A stretch of 64,000 nucleotides of DNA, taken from Klebsiella phage vB_KpM_FBKp24. Location of the stretch: the sequence record MW394391.1. One strand, 5' to 3'. Positions 23,902-34,340 of this stretch are shown here, one piece after another (within the stretch, counting starts at the first letter, position 1; the number at the start of each line of letters is the position of its first letter). Below the pieces are notes generated by a model, which was given only the letters and a program-made list of their open reading frames with translations, had not been told where the DNA came from and ran no database searches. The position numbers and the translations under genes are program-made.

Positions 23902-26649
23902 TTAACTATTCCCACCAATCAGAAGATCCATGATGGACGTGAAGCACCACCAGTTCAGTTCTTCTTTATTCAGACCGTAGCGGGTTTCGCCTTCTTCCGA
24001 TTTATCAGCAATGAAGCAGCTATACTCTTTCCAGTCTAAGTCGTACTTTTCCATTATTTCAATGGCAGCTTGGACAGTAGGGCCAGAGTGAAGTTTACCC
24101 TCGTCTCCTTTTGGACACGCTTCTTCTTTCCATCTCCAAACGGAGGGTAGCTGCGCAATCTCAGCAAACGCATGTGTTTCTTTACTCGTGCGAACTCTGA
24201 GATCGTCTTTCAACGTAGCATCAGAAGTAGAGGAAACTCCGTTTGTGGCGTATACTGTAGTAAAACGGAAACTACTCGCACCCATGGCATGGGTATTATC
24301 CGCTTTTGGCTGCATCCCGCTGGAGTTAATAACAAAACCAATACTATTAGAAATGGCATTGAGATAGAGTCGACCTACCGAATCGGCGGTCATACTTGCC
24401 ATCACGGTGGTCTGATCACCAGAGGTGTAGAAATAAACACCTTTAGTGGTAGTATTAGTTGAGTTGATGCCAATGTTGATATCACTGGCTGTTGTTACAC
24501 TACCACCACTACTGATCGTACTTCCAGAAGAGATTTTACCCAGCGCAGAAATATCGCCCGCATTAGAGAACGTAATGTAGTCCGTCGGCGTAGTAGCGCC
24601 GGTGATGTCGTTAATGTACGAGAAAATAAGTACACCATTATCATCTACACGATTAGTCCATTCGCGAGAAAGTAGCGTTGTATTGCTGATAGTGGAGCGA
24701 GTACTGAAAGCTTTGAATGTGAAGTCATTCAGAATACACTGATTAAACTGGAACGAACGAATACGGGCAGTGGCAGTGCTGTAGTCGACGATAATATCGA
24801 CATTACGGTTATAACTACTTAACGCAGCGTACGCCGTATTGAAGTAACAGCGATCGAAACCGATATTCATCGTTCCTTGGGTGATTTGTACCAGTTTACC
24901 GTTCGTATCGCTATATGTACCTTGGGCGTTATTAGTGGCTAAACGGCAGGAAGAGAACAGTACGTTGAACGTATTTTCCAAATATGCTACCGGAACAGGC
25001 GTTACGGTCTCATTACCGTTCTGGCTAAACACAACGCCATAGAAGGCACAGTGCGCAGCATAAATCATGCTAAGACATTTTGCATTTCGGTTATGCGTCT
25101 CGACGTGTCCGCCAAACCAGTTAATCGCATGATGGGGGTAAGACTTACTCAGCCCAATAATTCTCACCATGGTGCAGTTATTGGCAGTTGCTGTTTCTAC
25201 TGCGCAGTTAATGAATGTTAATTGGTTTGAATCGTCTCCGGTTGCGCCATTGTTTCCGGCACCAGAGTAAACAGAAATTTCAATACCCGCAGAAGCCTGC
25301 GTAGTATCTTTCATATCTGTCGTACTTTGAATATTTAAACCGATAAAGATGCTGTCGAAGGTCAATTCGGATACAAGACCTTTCGCAAAACCGTATGTTC
25401 CAACGTTAGTCAATAAACAGCGTTGTGCAGGCAACCAAGTTGTTGCATCACCAAGAACAATTCCGCGGTTATAGTTCGAGTTAGCTCGAAAACCGATGTT
25501 CTCCATAATCACGCGACAACGAGTGACCTTTAACGCATCAATATTGTCGGCGGCAGTTTGAATAATTGAAGCTGACATACCGTCGCCAACAATACGTAAA
25601 CAAGTCTGGAAAGTTGTCCCAGTTCCCGTTCCTTGCATGGTCACAGTCAGGCCAGACTTAATGGGGTAAACACCACCGGGGAAATATAGTGTAATACCAA
25701 CAAAATATGAAGAAGATGTCACTGATTTAACTGGTCGGTATTTTACCGCATCATTAATAGCGGCTTGTATCGCGGGTGCCCAGTCCCAAGTCTCCGGATC
25801 ATCAGGATCGGTTTTATTGGTGATTAACCCTGCGTATTCCCAAATGTTTTTAACCTGGGCGCTAAAGAAATCATTAAGCGTTTGGATCTTGGTACTAAGT
25901 GGTGTCCCTCTTCCGAATGCTAGGGCTTTAGTTATATTTGGATCGATCATTTCCCCTTTTGTGAAACGATCGTTTAGTTCGAGCTGGATGTTTTTGCCCG
26001 TTAAGGTACCGATATTACTCGCGCCGTTCGGTCCGGTGTACGTAGCCAGAAACGCTTCGTTAACTTTCTCTACGTCGTCACTGCCGAAACAGATCGCTAC
26101 TACGGTTTGATTTTCTTTTACTGGAGTAGCGAGTTTAAAACTCAACGTATTGTCGGCAACTAATTCAAATCCAACGTCTTTGAATTGACGCAAACCATCA
26201 ACGTAAACTTCCTGGACTGAGATATTCCCAGTCAGCGGAACAGTAAAAGTTTGCTCTCCGCCGTTACTCAGTCCACCGTTATAAACCCACTGAACAATCG
26301 CTCCTTTATCTTTCAGAGCTTTGTTCAATAGAGCGTAGGTCCCGTAGGTAATTTGTTCGCCGTCGCTATTAAGCAGAGGGGTGACGCCCGACCCGGCATT
26401 CACCCACCCTTGTACGTGTTCTTTCGTAGCGTCGGTATAAACGAAAAAGGTATCGCCACTGACTGTGTTAGCGAGGCCGCTGGCAGTATCACTATAGGCG
26501 TTTTCAAACAGAATACTTTCACGCAATTTTTTGAGCGTGACTTTATAAGTATCATTCTCTTCTTTGACTTGTGCGATGGGAATAAACCCATTCTCAGAGG
26601 CTACCGACAATGCCGGTAATTCGGTAATTTTTAAACTAGACTTATCCAT
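23902..26649 (-). CDS. tailspike protein D (915 aa) with conserved N-terminal anchor domain and C-terminal intramolecular-chaperone (peptidase S74-like) domain
   Basis: N-terminus MDKSSLKITELPAL...LKKLRESILFENAY (anchor family); C-terminus ...STSDATLKDDLR... resembles SD.xLK autocleavage/chaperone motif of endosialidase and T5 L-shaped tail fibre. Confidence 0.7.
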   Translation of the reverse strand: MDKSSLKITELPALSVASENGFIPIAQVKEENDTYKVTLKKLRESILFENAYSDTASGLANTVSGDTFFVYTDATKEHVQGWVNAGSGVTPLLNSDGEQITYGTYALLNKALKDKGAIVQWVYNGGLSNGGEQTFTVPLTGNISVQEVYVDGLRQFKDVGFELVADNTLSFKLATPVKENQTVVAICFGSDDVEKVNEAFLATYTGPNGASNIGTLTGKNIQLELNDRFTKGEMIDPNITKALAFGRGTPLSTKIQTLNDFFSAQVKNIWEYAGLITNKTDPDDPETWDWAPAIQAAINDAVKYRPVKSVTSSSYFVGITLYFPGGVYPIKSGLTVTMQGTGTGTTFQTCLRIVGDGMSASIIQTAADNIDALKVTRCRVIMENIGFRANSNYNRGIVLGDATTWLPAQRCLLTNVGTYGFAKGLVSELTFDSIFIGLNIQSTTDMKDTTQASAGIEISVYSGAGNNGATGDDSNQLTFINCAVETATANNCTMVRIIGLSKSYPHHAINWFGGHVETHNRNAKCLSMIYAAHCAFYGVVFSQNGNETVTPVPVAYLENTFNVLFSSCRLATNNAQGTYSDTNGKLVQITQGTMNIGFDRCYFNTAYAALSSYNRNVDIIVDYSTATARIRSFQFNQCILNDFTFKAFSTRSTISNTTLLSREWTNRVDDNGVLIFSYINDITGATTPTDYITFSNAGDISALGKISSGSTISSGGSVTTASDINIGINSTNTTTKGVYFYTSGDQTTVMASMTADSVGRLYLNAISNSIGFVINSSGMQPKADNTHAMGASSFRFTTVYATNGVSSTSDATLKDDLRVRTSKETHAFAEIAQLPSVWRWKEEACPKGDEGKLHSGPTVQAAIEIMEKYDLDWKEYSCFIADKSEEGETRYGLNKEELNWWCFTSIMDLLIGGNS

Positions 26650-26692
26650 TTCGGTACCTGTATAGTCTGGGTAAATAAGAGGGTATCTAGAT

Positions 26693-26709
26693 CGTCATAA
26701 AAACACAAG
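26693..26709 (-). promoter_or_regulatory. candidate late-type promoter motif (coding strand CTTGTGTTTTTATGACG)
   Basis: TTTTTATGAC element after terminator hairpin 26708-26731, ~45 nt upstream of ATG 26649. Confidence 0.35.
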
Positions 26710-26731
26710 AGCAGGGCCAATTGGCCCTGCT
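26708..26731 (-). terminator. terminator hairpin gagcagggcc-aatt-ggccctgctc
   Basis: 10-bp perfect stem. Confidence 0.55.
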
Positions 26732-26756
26732 CGTTATAGACAAATTATAAAACAAT

Positions 26757-26951
26757 TCAACTACCAGAATTGTCCTCGTTAGTCCTGTCTTCTAAAAGAA
26801 AAGAATCATCCAAACCCTTTTCTGATAGGAACCCAAGAGCAGCTTCTTGATAGTTTTCTACTTCTTCGAAGGAAACAATAGCCTCTCCTAGTTCAATCCT
26901 TGAAAGAAAATAGACGTTATCCCGAGCTGTATCTTTGTAAATATAAATCAT
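26757..26951 (-). CDS. small acidic protein (64 aa) translationally coupled to tailspike E (TGATG overlap); possible tail-fibre assembly factor
   Basis: ATG 26951 overlaps stop of E; ORF-track version 26757..26990 starts further upstream. Confidence 0.35.
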   Translation of the reverse strand: MIYIYKDTARDNVYFLSRIELGEAIVSFEEVENYQEAALGFLSEKGLDDSFLLEDRTNEDNSGS

Positions 26952-28936
26952 CACAAATACCCTAAAGTCGGATGTTGATCGGAAAACCAAACTGCGGGCA
27001 GTTTAACTTGAATGGTACCAACAAACCCGGTAAAGTTAAGTCCGGCGTACCCATATTGAGATGTCCCAGTATCGCAAGACAACATGTAAGTACCCATGTA
27101 ATTATCCGCGGTGAGGGTAATACCTGTTTTTGTCAGTGAGTTTAAAATATCCTGCTGTGGACCTAGGGCATAGCCACTATAGTTTTCACTCATTGACACC
27201 ACGTTAGTCGTGGCATTATTAGTAAAAGACTGAGATGAGACTAAACGACATACGCCACGTACGTAAACATTGCCGGTAGTTGCGGAGCCAGCTTTGACCG
27301 AACAGGATACATGAAATTTCTGTTGGCTATTACTGTTATTAATCGGCGTACCCCAGAGAAGGTTAACTGAGTTAGTTGTACTTGTGGCAGTGATTGTCAC
27401 CGGGATCAAACCGTCAGAGTCTGCATCTGCTGCAGAACCGTAGACAATAGTTGAGCCGTTAGCAACTACGTACCACTGCCCAATTGCTCTGGCGGTAGGT
27501 AAGGCCGCACCCGCGGTACCGTTAAATAATAACCCAGCGCTATTCAAAATGTAACCGTCAGTAGTATCGTAGGACGGCAAAAAGCGATAGGTTTGTCCAC
27601 GTAACGGGTAACGTATTCTGATTTTGATCAGGTTAGTGGGATCGTACGCCTTATAACTCCCATAAGCACTATTAACGTGTGGGCCATAGCAGAAAATATT
27701 TACGTTGTCAAGGTCGATAGCGGTGCGTGTAGTGGTCGCATAACCGATCGTTCTGACGCCACGATAAGGGTCGTTAACAAACGCGTACATGTAGATGTTT
27801 CCGCCGATCATTTTAAAGTTATTTTCGCCCGCGCCGGTTGTGCGAGATGGGCAGTTGGCTAAATAACGGAAACCCTCGACGTGACATTCAACCAACGTAT
27901 CTTGACCGATGTTCACTGGCGAATAAAAGACAACATCGTTTGTATTGTAGTCGAAGCTACAACCAAAATATTTAAACATGTGAACAGTGTCGTTTCGGTA
28001 AACTCCGCCCAAATAGTTATCGCCGATGAGACAGTTAACAAAACGCATGTTCTCGCCGGAGTTAATGCAGTTTGTGCCGGCGTCAGTTACTACGCCGTAC
28101 GCATTTCGATAAAAGTCACAATTCTCCACAACATCCAAATACGTATCGGTAGAACCGATTCTAATTCCGCCGTAAAATTGTGCAACTTTCACACCTGTAA
28201 TTTTTACTTCCCTTACATGGACATAACCACCAGACGGGTAAGTGGTGTTCCCAAGAGAAATACCGTGGAAGGTCGTTTTGTCGTATCCAGGACCTAAAAT
28301 AAAAAGTGCATTAGTGTCCAACACTTCGGTGTAGCTGGCAGAACTCCCTGCATTATTAGTAAATGGATTGGCTGCAGATCGGGTAAGTCCTGTAAACTCG
28401 CCAGTTATCTCTACGCCGTTCCCGGTAGTAAAGGCGCTAAAATCCCATGTCTGGTTAGTGTCGACAACGATAGAAACAAACGGTGGGACCCGTACTGTCG
28501 CTGTCATTTTATAAACTGTTTCGCCGGTGGCGTTATCTAATGGCGGTACACGCAGACGATAAGTCCCGTTTGCGATATAACCTCTAGCGATAACAATTTT
28601 AACAATGTCAGTAGTTATCTTATTAATACACTGAGAGAGATTATTTAAAGAAGCAGAAAACCCGGCCATCCATACGTTAATAGGTTTTGTTGTATCGAGG
28701 AGCCAGTTAGCTCCTTTGGCCGTTTTAAATACGCTGTAGTCGTTATCTGCGACTGTAGAACTTGCTCTGTATGTCATTATTTCATTTACGTCAGGCCCGT
28801 CAACGACCGCTCGTTTTAATAGAACGCGCTGACCGTCAAACCAAGGTTCTAAAGACCGTAACTCAGTTACGGACCCTACGGTCAAAAGAGAATATTCGCC
28901 GTTACTCCCTCGTGGCTTATTGAAATCAGTAAGCAT
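26951..28936 (-). CDS. tailspike/depolymerase-like protein E (661 aa; no anchor; paralog of F)
   Basis: LRSLEPWFDGQRVLLKRAV motif shared with F/J/K/G; C-terminus GFVGTIQVKLPAVWF similar to F GLVGTIYVKAPVHWF. Confidence 0.65.
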   Translation of the reverse strand: MLTDFNKPRGSNGEYSLLTVGSVTELRSLEPWFDGQRVLLKRAVVDGPDVNEIMTYRASSTVADNDYSVFKTAKGANWLLDTTKPINVWMAGFSASLNNLSQCINKITTDIVKIVIARGYIANGTYRLRVPPLDNATGETVYKMTATVRVPPFVSIVVDTNQTWDFSAFTTGNGVEITGEFTGLTRSAANPFTNNAGSSASYTEVLDTNALFILGPGYDKTTFHGISLGNTTYPSGGYVHVREVKITGVKVAQFYGGIRIGSTDTYLDVVENCDFYRNAYGVVTDAGTNCINSGENMRFVNCLIGDNYLGGVYRNDTVHMFKYFGCSFDYNTNDVVFYSPVNIGQDTLVECHVEGFRYLANCPSRTTGAGENNFKMIGGNIYMYAFVNDPYRGVRTIGYATTTRTAIDLDNVNIFCYGPHVNSAYGSYKAYDPTNLIKIRIRYPLRGQTYRFLPSYDTTDGYILNSAGLLFNGTAGAALPTARAIGQWYVVANGSTIVYGSAADADSDGLIPVTITATSTTNSVNLLWGTPINNSNSQQKFHVSCSVKAGSATTGNVYVRGVCRLVSSQSFTNNATTNVVSMSENYSGYALGPQQDILNSLTKTGITLTADNYMGTYMLSCDTGTSQYGYAGLNFTGFVGTIQVKLPAVWFSDQHPTLGYL

Positions 28937-28960
28937 TGTAACACCTCAAAATTGAAAGAC

Positions 28961-28977
28961 GAAGTCATAGAAAAATC
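28961..28977 (-). promoter_or_regulatory. candidate late-type promoter motif (coding strand GATTTTTCTATGACTTC)
   Basis: TTTTTCTATGAC ~25 nt upstream of ATG 28936, adjacent to hairpin. Confidence 0.35.
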
Positions 28978-29003
28978 GGAGGAGACACTTGGTCTCCTCC
29001 GAT
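28975..29003 (-). terminator. terminator hairpin atcggaggagac-loop-gtctcctccgat
   Basis: 12-bp perfect stem between tailspikes F and E. Confidence 0.55.
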
Positions 29004-29010
29004 TAATTTA

Positions 29011-31278
29011 CTACTCGTTAATAAACCAATGTACGGGGGCTTTAACGTAAATAGTTCCTACTAACCCAGTGAAGTTAATAGAAACTCCTATTTGATCCGA
29101 ATATGCAGCCTTTCTTACCGACATTGGGAATGCAATATACCCTACGTCAGTTAAACCGGTTAATGTTTTCTTCTTATTAAAGTGAGAATCTACCCCAACA
29201 GACGTACCTTGTGTGTTGGCTAACTGTGAACGAGTCTCTGTGATTGTGGCCACGCTACCAGAAACAGTACCTGTATAAGTTGGCGTATCGTAGTACTTAA
29301 TGTAGTTATACAAGTAAAGTCCTGATACGTAGTCACTCCCTAATCTTACCGAAATTGCGGAGGCAAAAAGAGGGTTAAAGTTGTTTGCTGAATCAAATCT
29401 TTTTAAGCATTCAAGAGTAATAACATTACTTGCTAGAGTAGAAGTGATTTTAATCGTTGCGAGCCCATCTTCATCCAGCGTAGCGAGTTTGGTAATGGTT
29501 ACACCGGTTCCAGTAAAACTAAACTTATGTTGAGTTCGACTATCGGTTTGGTTGTTGAAATCAGTATCTGTTGCCACTGTATCCCATTTCCAGCGCCACC
29601 CCATCAAAGATTGTTGATAATCACTCAAAACAGGAGTAGTGGCGCGAAGGGAACCGGATGGTGCTAATGTATTGTATCCGCCCTTAACAACGCAAACAAA
29701 CTGGTCCCCGGTATTATCTCCGTAACCAGCAACGGTTCCCTGGCCTGTGAGGGAGTAATAAGGAGCCCAATAGTAATCCGATAAAGACCATGCGCACTCA
29801 TTGAAGGTTACCCCGAGGTCTTTCGTTGGGCAGGAAATCATTTGGCGTGCGTGGTTCGCTCTAAAAGTGTCAGAGTAATAAGGAGAGGTGTACTGGTTAG
29901 GGTAGAGGTAGACGCCATTGAACATGAAAATGTTTCGAATGTTCCATGTGTTACCTGGATAGATCTGAGTGAGCTGAGGTTGATTTACCAACATATTACC
30001 AAAGCCTTCGATCCATCCTCTTTCCATCGTGACACGGGTATTAGAGGAATAAAGTGAGCATCTAAAAACATCCCCTGCCGTGTAGTCCAAACTCGTGTCA
30101 ATGATACTAACTATCGCGCCCTTATCAAACCAGAAATGAGCGGTATCGTTATTCCCAATAACCCCGTTAATGAATACTATCTTTTCACCGGAGTTAACAA
30201 TAGTTTGGTTAGTTTCGAACCACACCCCGATTTGGTTATTTGCAATATTGAAATCAGAAAAAGTATTGCAATAAAAGTTAATGTAGTTGATACGCAGACC
30301 GTACTTAAATCCTTCCACCCTGAAATTCTTGACATTAAGATCCCTGACAGACATCGGGAGCGTTCCATAGGTGGCAATTCTAATACCCGCGGCGTTACTT
30401 GTTGACTTTCCTGGGCCTAAAATAAAGAAAGACCCGCCATTAGCGTTAAAGAAATTCGACCCCTGAGTATCGACGAAATTACTATCCGGCATCTGGCCAG
30501 CTGCAACACCGGTGATACCTTCATTCGTGATAACGATCGCGTCATCATTTGTTAGAGAAGTGACTAAATAAATATTCCCATAAGAGACTAAAGAAAAGAA
30601 CGAGGGGATTTTAACTTGTTTCTCTAGCACGTATTTATCGGAAAACTGAGGAAAGAAAATCTGAGTGCTAACACCGAAAGTATTCTTGTTAGCGGAAATT
30701 TTGGCGGTAGTAAAATCAACAATTTTTTGGATTGCGGCTCCTGTACCCGTACCGTCGCTTTTCACTCCGGCCAAACGAATATCTACCCCTTTAGAGACAT
30801 CAACTTTCCAACGGGCACCTTTGGGAGTCACCATAATTGAGAAGTCATTATCAGCGGAAGCAACGTCGCTAGAATCATAATTGGCAATAATATTGATTAG
30901 CGGACCGCCTTGTACAGCACGCTCTAAAATAATTTTTTGCCCTGCGTACCACGGCTCAAATTTTCGCAGATCGGCGATAGTCGCGACAGATACTGTTGTC
31001 AGTGTAGATGGAAACGCCAGAACAGTAAAAGAACCTGCGTTCGTAGTTACCGTGGCTGTGGTTCCGGTAACAGAAACGCCACTCACAACTCCGGTGATAG
31101 CGGTAGTATTAAAAATCTCTTTTGATTCTGGAAGAATAGCAAAAGAGTAATTTGTCAGGTCGTTACCGACTTCCAGTGAACTGATAGACGTTTGCGGGAT
31201 GTTCAATAACTGAGAAAGAACCTCGCCGCTTGATTGTACGGATGTACTTCCACCCGGCTGAATAAAATTAGTTTGCAT
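29011..31278 (-). CDS. tailspike/depolymerase-like protein F (755 aa; no KISEL anchor; QPGGST N-terminus)
   Basis: start set to ATG 31278 (M6 of ORF-track translation; track start 31293 is TTG), AGGA RBS 7 nt upstream. Confidence 0.65.
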   Translation of the reverse strand: MQTNFIQPGGSTSVQSSGEVLSQLLNIPQTSISSLEVGNDLTNYSFAILPESKEIFNTTAITGVVSGVSVTGTTATVTTNAGSFTVLAFPSTLTTVSVATIADLRKFEPWYAGQKIILERAVQGGPLINIIANYDSSDVASADNDFSIMVTPKGARWKVDVSKGVDIRLAGVKSDGTGTGAAIQKIVDFTTAKISANKNTFGVSTQIFFPQFSDKYVLEKQVKIPSFFSLVSYGNIYLVTSLTNDDAIVITNEGITGVAAGQMPDSNFVDTQGSNFFNANGGSFFILGPGKSTSNAAGIRIATYGTLPMSVRDLNVKNFRVEGFKYGLRINYINFYCNTFSDFNIANNQIGVWFETNQTIVNSGEKIVFINGVIGNNDTAHFWFDKGAIVSIIDTSLDYTAGDVFRCSLYSSNTRVTMERGWIEGFGNMLVNQPQLTQIYPGNTWNIRNIFMFNGVYLYPNQYTSPYYSDTFRANHARQMISCPTKDLGVTFNECAWSLSDYYWAPYYSLTGQGTVAGYGDNTGDQFVCVVKGGYNTLAPSGSLRATTPVLSDYQQSLMGWRWKWDTVATDTDFNNQTDSRTQHKFSFTGTGVTITKLATLDEDGLATIKITSTLASNVITLECLKRFDSANNFNPLFASAISVRLGSDYVSGLYLYNYIKYYDTPTYTGTVSGSVATITETRSQLANTQGTSVGVDSHFNKKKTLTGLTDVGYIAFPMSVRKAAYSDQIGVSINFTGLVGTIYVKAPVHWFINE

Positions 31279-31303
31279 TTTAGGTCCTATCAAAACGTGA
31301 AAA

Positions 31304-31329
31304 GCGAAGGAGGAGAAACTCTCCTTCGC
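31304..31329 (-). terminator. terminator hairpin gcgaaggaggag-aaact-ctccttcgc
   Basis: 9-12 bp stem followed by T-rich sequence on minus strand. Confidence 0.5.
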
Positions 31330-31345
31330 TTATTTTCTTACATTA

Positions 31346-31639
31346 TCAGGATTGACCGTTAATACCAAAACTAGCAGATAGTTCTTTCTCTGCTTGTTCT
31401 AATATTTCTTCCCCTGATTGGCTTTCAGTAACGATTTTGAAAGTTACTGCCCCTTGAGAAAACCCTTCTATATCCACCGTAAAGAAAATCTCGGCGATAT
31501 CTCCTATATATTTTCCCCCGTAATTAATACTTGTAGCCGTATACGTGGCTTCTAGGGATTTTAAAGAAGGTGTAGATGAAGATCCAATTTCATCAATTTT
31601 CTCTTTCGTATAAAATTCTTTGACTACAGTAAAGCTCAT
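31346..31639 (-). CDS. hypothetical protein (97 aa) immediately downstream of tailspike G
   Basis: AAGAGGA RBS; possible fibre accessory protein. Confidence 0.45.
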   Translation of the reverse strand: MSFTVVKEFYTKEKIDEIGSSSTPSLKSLEATYTATSINYGGKYIGDIAEIFFTVDIEGFSQGAVTFKIVTESQSGEEILEQAEKELSASFGINGQS

Positions 31640-31650
31640 CTTCAGTCCTC

Positions 31651-34302
31651 TTATATTTGGGTTATTTCTATCTCGATACCGTAGATATTACCTGCCACTG
31701 GGGTATCGGTGTTTTGAGAAGTACCTCGGTAAAGTGCAGGTGGGATAATAATATCAAAACATTGACCGTTATTAGCTGAGAAATATCCTGCCTGCAGACC
31801 GCTGAATGTTTGCGCGAATATTGTGTTTGTAGTAAAGCTTGACAGCGCCGATAACGTGGTAGTGTAAACGCTATTATTGACCGTAGTTTCAGCTTTGAGC
31901 TTCTCTAGTTCCACTACGGAAGCAACGTAACTTTGTCCCTGAGTACTGACAATATAAGAACGACTGTTAACGTGGTTAGCGCCATTAACTCTTAATTCGA
32001 CTTTAAACGTACTATTGACGGGCAAATTCGAAAATCTTATAATGCCATTGGAGGTTTCGGACGTTGACCCTGACGTTAACTTAGTGCGATAGCATATTCT
32101 AGCGCCCTTCAACTGAATAGGCGCTCTGGCACCGTAGGGAGAGACGCCATAGGTAGATCTTCCATACGTGTAAGTCGAACCGTCACTAGTAGGGTATGCT
32201 AAATTATCCCAAACGTTGTAACTATTAGTTCCGCCTGCAGATGGAACAATAACAGAACCATCGGTATAACCATATTGGTTGTCGTCATTTTCCCAACGAA
32301 CGTCGACTAATGCGTTTGTACTCTCGGTTACGAAAGTCCTTACTAAATCGCCGAAATTACCTTGTTTCACTCCGTCAAATCGAGTATGGACCGTACTCTC
32401 TACAAAACCAGAATATGCTCTGACATAAAAGATTATTTGCGGATCATTAGTATATGTCGTCCCTACCCATCCACCAACGTCAAATGTCGAGGAATACATA
32501 AACGCACGATCGGCACTATTACCACCGCCCAAGACAACTGCGCGACTTGACTTACCGACGGCAGAGCCAAAGTTAAAATAGTATCTCTTAACTGTTGTAC
32601 CGTAGAAACTTTGCCAGGCTGATTTTGAATAAAAGAGAATACCCTGCAAACAATGACGTATGTTTAAGTTATCTGCATAGAAGTTTTCTGTCCAAGAAAT
32701 CTCGTTGCAGACAACGACAGCGGCAGATAAAATGTAACCATGTGCGTGGAAATTAACTAGTTCGTTACCCCAGCCATCGGCGAATCTCGCAAAATGTAAG
32801 GGGTTAACTTTGTCCTCACAAAATGCGTAGATCCCCGAAATCTTACCGGGGTTCCAGCAAGGGGCACCTGCGTTCGTGTTAAAGAATTTTATCCCGTACG
32901 TTTCCCCGCTTGTGGCATATTTGTGATTTATTTTTACCGTGTCCATCCCTGTTCCATCACCACCTCGAATATGTAACGGGTAGTTAGTAACATCGATAGA
33001 AACGCTGCCGTAAAAGGTATACATTGTATTATTTGGCGGGATAATAATAAGAGGTATACCACCATCTCTTGAACATTTAACCGCGTTCTTTAACGGAGTT
33101 GTAATGTCACTACCTTCAGTAACTCCGTACTCTGAAAGATTAATTTCCCTTTTCTCCCTGATTCTCTCCCAGTAATACCCATTCCCAGCCGCGACTGTGC
33201 CTCCGTCATCGGTCCCTGTCCCTATATGCCCAATGAATTGACCCCCGCCCGAAGTACTCCCAGTGTAATACCCCTTCAGGTTTACTTTCTCGCCTTCAAA
33301 ATTAGGTCTTCTGTTTCTGAGATCATCGAAGGAGTTTACGCCGTAGAACCCCTGAACTACTTGCTCCAGGCTTACGCCGTAAGAAGTATTCACTTTGGTA
33401 GCGCCAGTTGTTTGGCCTAGCGTTAAGAGAACCTCAGCCGGCGTCCCTGATACCTGTGCGGTAATAATCGAGCGAGAACCACCGAGTAAGACTTCAACAA
33501 CGTCGTTCGCTTTCAGCGCTTTCGAAAGATTAATTTTCAGCCCGGTGCTGTCTACTTCGTAGTGTTTATTCAGAACTTGTTTTGAGCCGTTGATGTAAAT
33601 GGCAGGAACCGTACTGAACGTCCACGACGGGGTAAGCGATGTTTCCCCGCCCACTGCTGCGCCGTCGTTATATAACCACGTTACGTTGACGTAGTCAGTA
33701 ATCCCGGGTTCCACAGGCGTCACAGGAGTACCTGGGTATGGTCTGACGTAGAAGACAACGAAAGCACCGGCGGTTAATGCGCCTTTTAATTTTACTTTGT
33801 TCGATAACCGATCGAACGTATAGTTCAACCCTTTGAACTGATGTCCGCCATTCAAGAACATCTCTGAGACATCAAAACAGTCGAACGGTAACGCGATCTC
33901 TGTCTCGCCGCCGTTAGCAGAACCGTTGTTATACAGGTAGCTAACGTATGACGTATAGGAGCCGAATTTACCATCAGCCATCATTTTCCCGGTGCCGTAG
34001 ATAACCGGTGTATTGTCTTTATAAAGGGCTGTGGCAGAAGCACCGTTGACGTTAGTAAACGCAGCGACGTAGAATTGGCTCTCGTCGGTATAGACGTAGA
34101 AGATTTCATCTTTGACGGTGGCCGCAATACCTTCTGCGAGGGTTTCGTAAGCGTTTTCAAAGAGAAGGTTAGCGCGAAGATTATTTAGGGTGGTGCGGTA
34201 TGTTTCCTTTTCAGCGCCCGCTACTGCCACTGGCAATAGAGCAGATTCTGGAACAATACCCTTACTCGAAAGTTCGGAAATTTTTCTTGTGTTATTGGCC
34301 AT
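31651..34302 (-). CDS. tailspike protein G (883 aa) with conserved N-terminal anchor domain
   Basis: start set to ATG 34302 (MANNTRKISELSS... aligns with MSNETQKISEL of K and MSNDTQKISEL of L); ORF-track start 34347 lies inside the TATGAC promoter-like motif. Confidence 0.7.
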   Translation of the reverse strand: MANNTRKISELSSKGIVPESALLPVAVAGAEKETYRTTLNNLRANLLFENAYETLAEGIAATVKDEIFYVYTDESQFYVAAFTNVNGASATALYKDNTPVIYGTGKMMADGKFGSYTSYVSYLYNNGSANGGETEIALPFDCFDVSEMFLNGGHQFKGLNYTFDRLSNKVKLKGALTAGAFVVFYVRPYPGTPVTPVEPGITDYVNVTWLYNDGAAVGGETSLTPSWTFSTVPAIYINGSKQVLNKHYEVDSTGLKINLSKALKANDVVEVLLGGSRSIITAQVSGTPAEVLLTLGQTTGATKVNTSYGVSLEQVVQGFYGVNSFDDLRNRRPNFEGEKVNLKGYYTGSTSGGGQFIGHIGTGTDDGGTVAAGNGYYWERIREKREINLSEYGVTEGSDITTPLKNAVKCSRDGGIPLIIIPPNNTMYTFYGSVSIDVTNYPLHIRGGDGTGMDTVKINHKYATSGETYGIKFFNTNAGAPCWNPGKISGIYAFCEDKVNPLHFARFADGWGNELVNFHAHGYILSAAVVVCNEISWTENFYADNLNIRHCLQGILFYSKSAWQSFYGTTVKRYYFNFGSAVGKSSRAVVLGGGNSADRAFMYSSTFDVGGWVGTTYTNDPQIIFYVRAYSGFVESTVHTRFDGVKQGNFGDLVRTFVTESTNALVDVRWENDDNQYGYTDGSVIVPSAGGTNSYNVWDNLAYPTSDGSTYTYGRSTYGVSPYGARAPIQLKGARICYRTKLTSGSTSETSNGIIRFSNLPVNSTFKVELRVNGANHVNSRSYIVSTQGQSYVASVVELEKLKAETTVNNSVYTTTLSALSSFTTNTIFAQTFSGLQAGYFSANNGQCFDIIIPPALYRGTSQNTDTPVAGNIYGIEIEITQI

Positions 34303-34340
34303 TGCAAGAAACCTCATTGTCGGCAATAGGGCTGTAAAAA

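Noticed and set aside
31279-31293. ORF-track start of tailspike F at 31293
   Set aside because: Codon there is TTG. An in-frame ATG at 31278 with AGGA RBS gives an N-terminus (MQTNFIQPGGST) matching tailspike C, so F was shortened.
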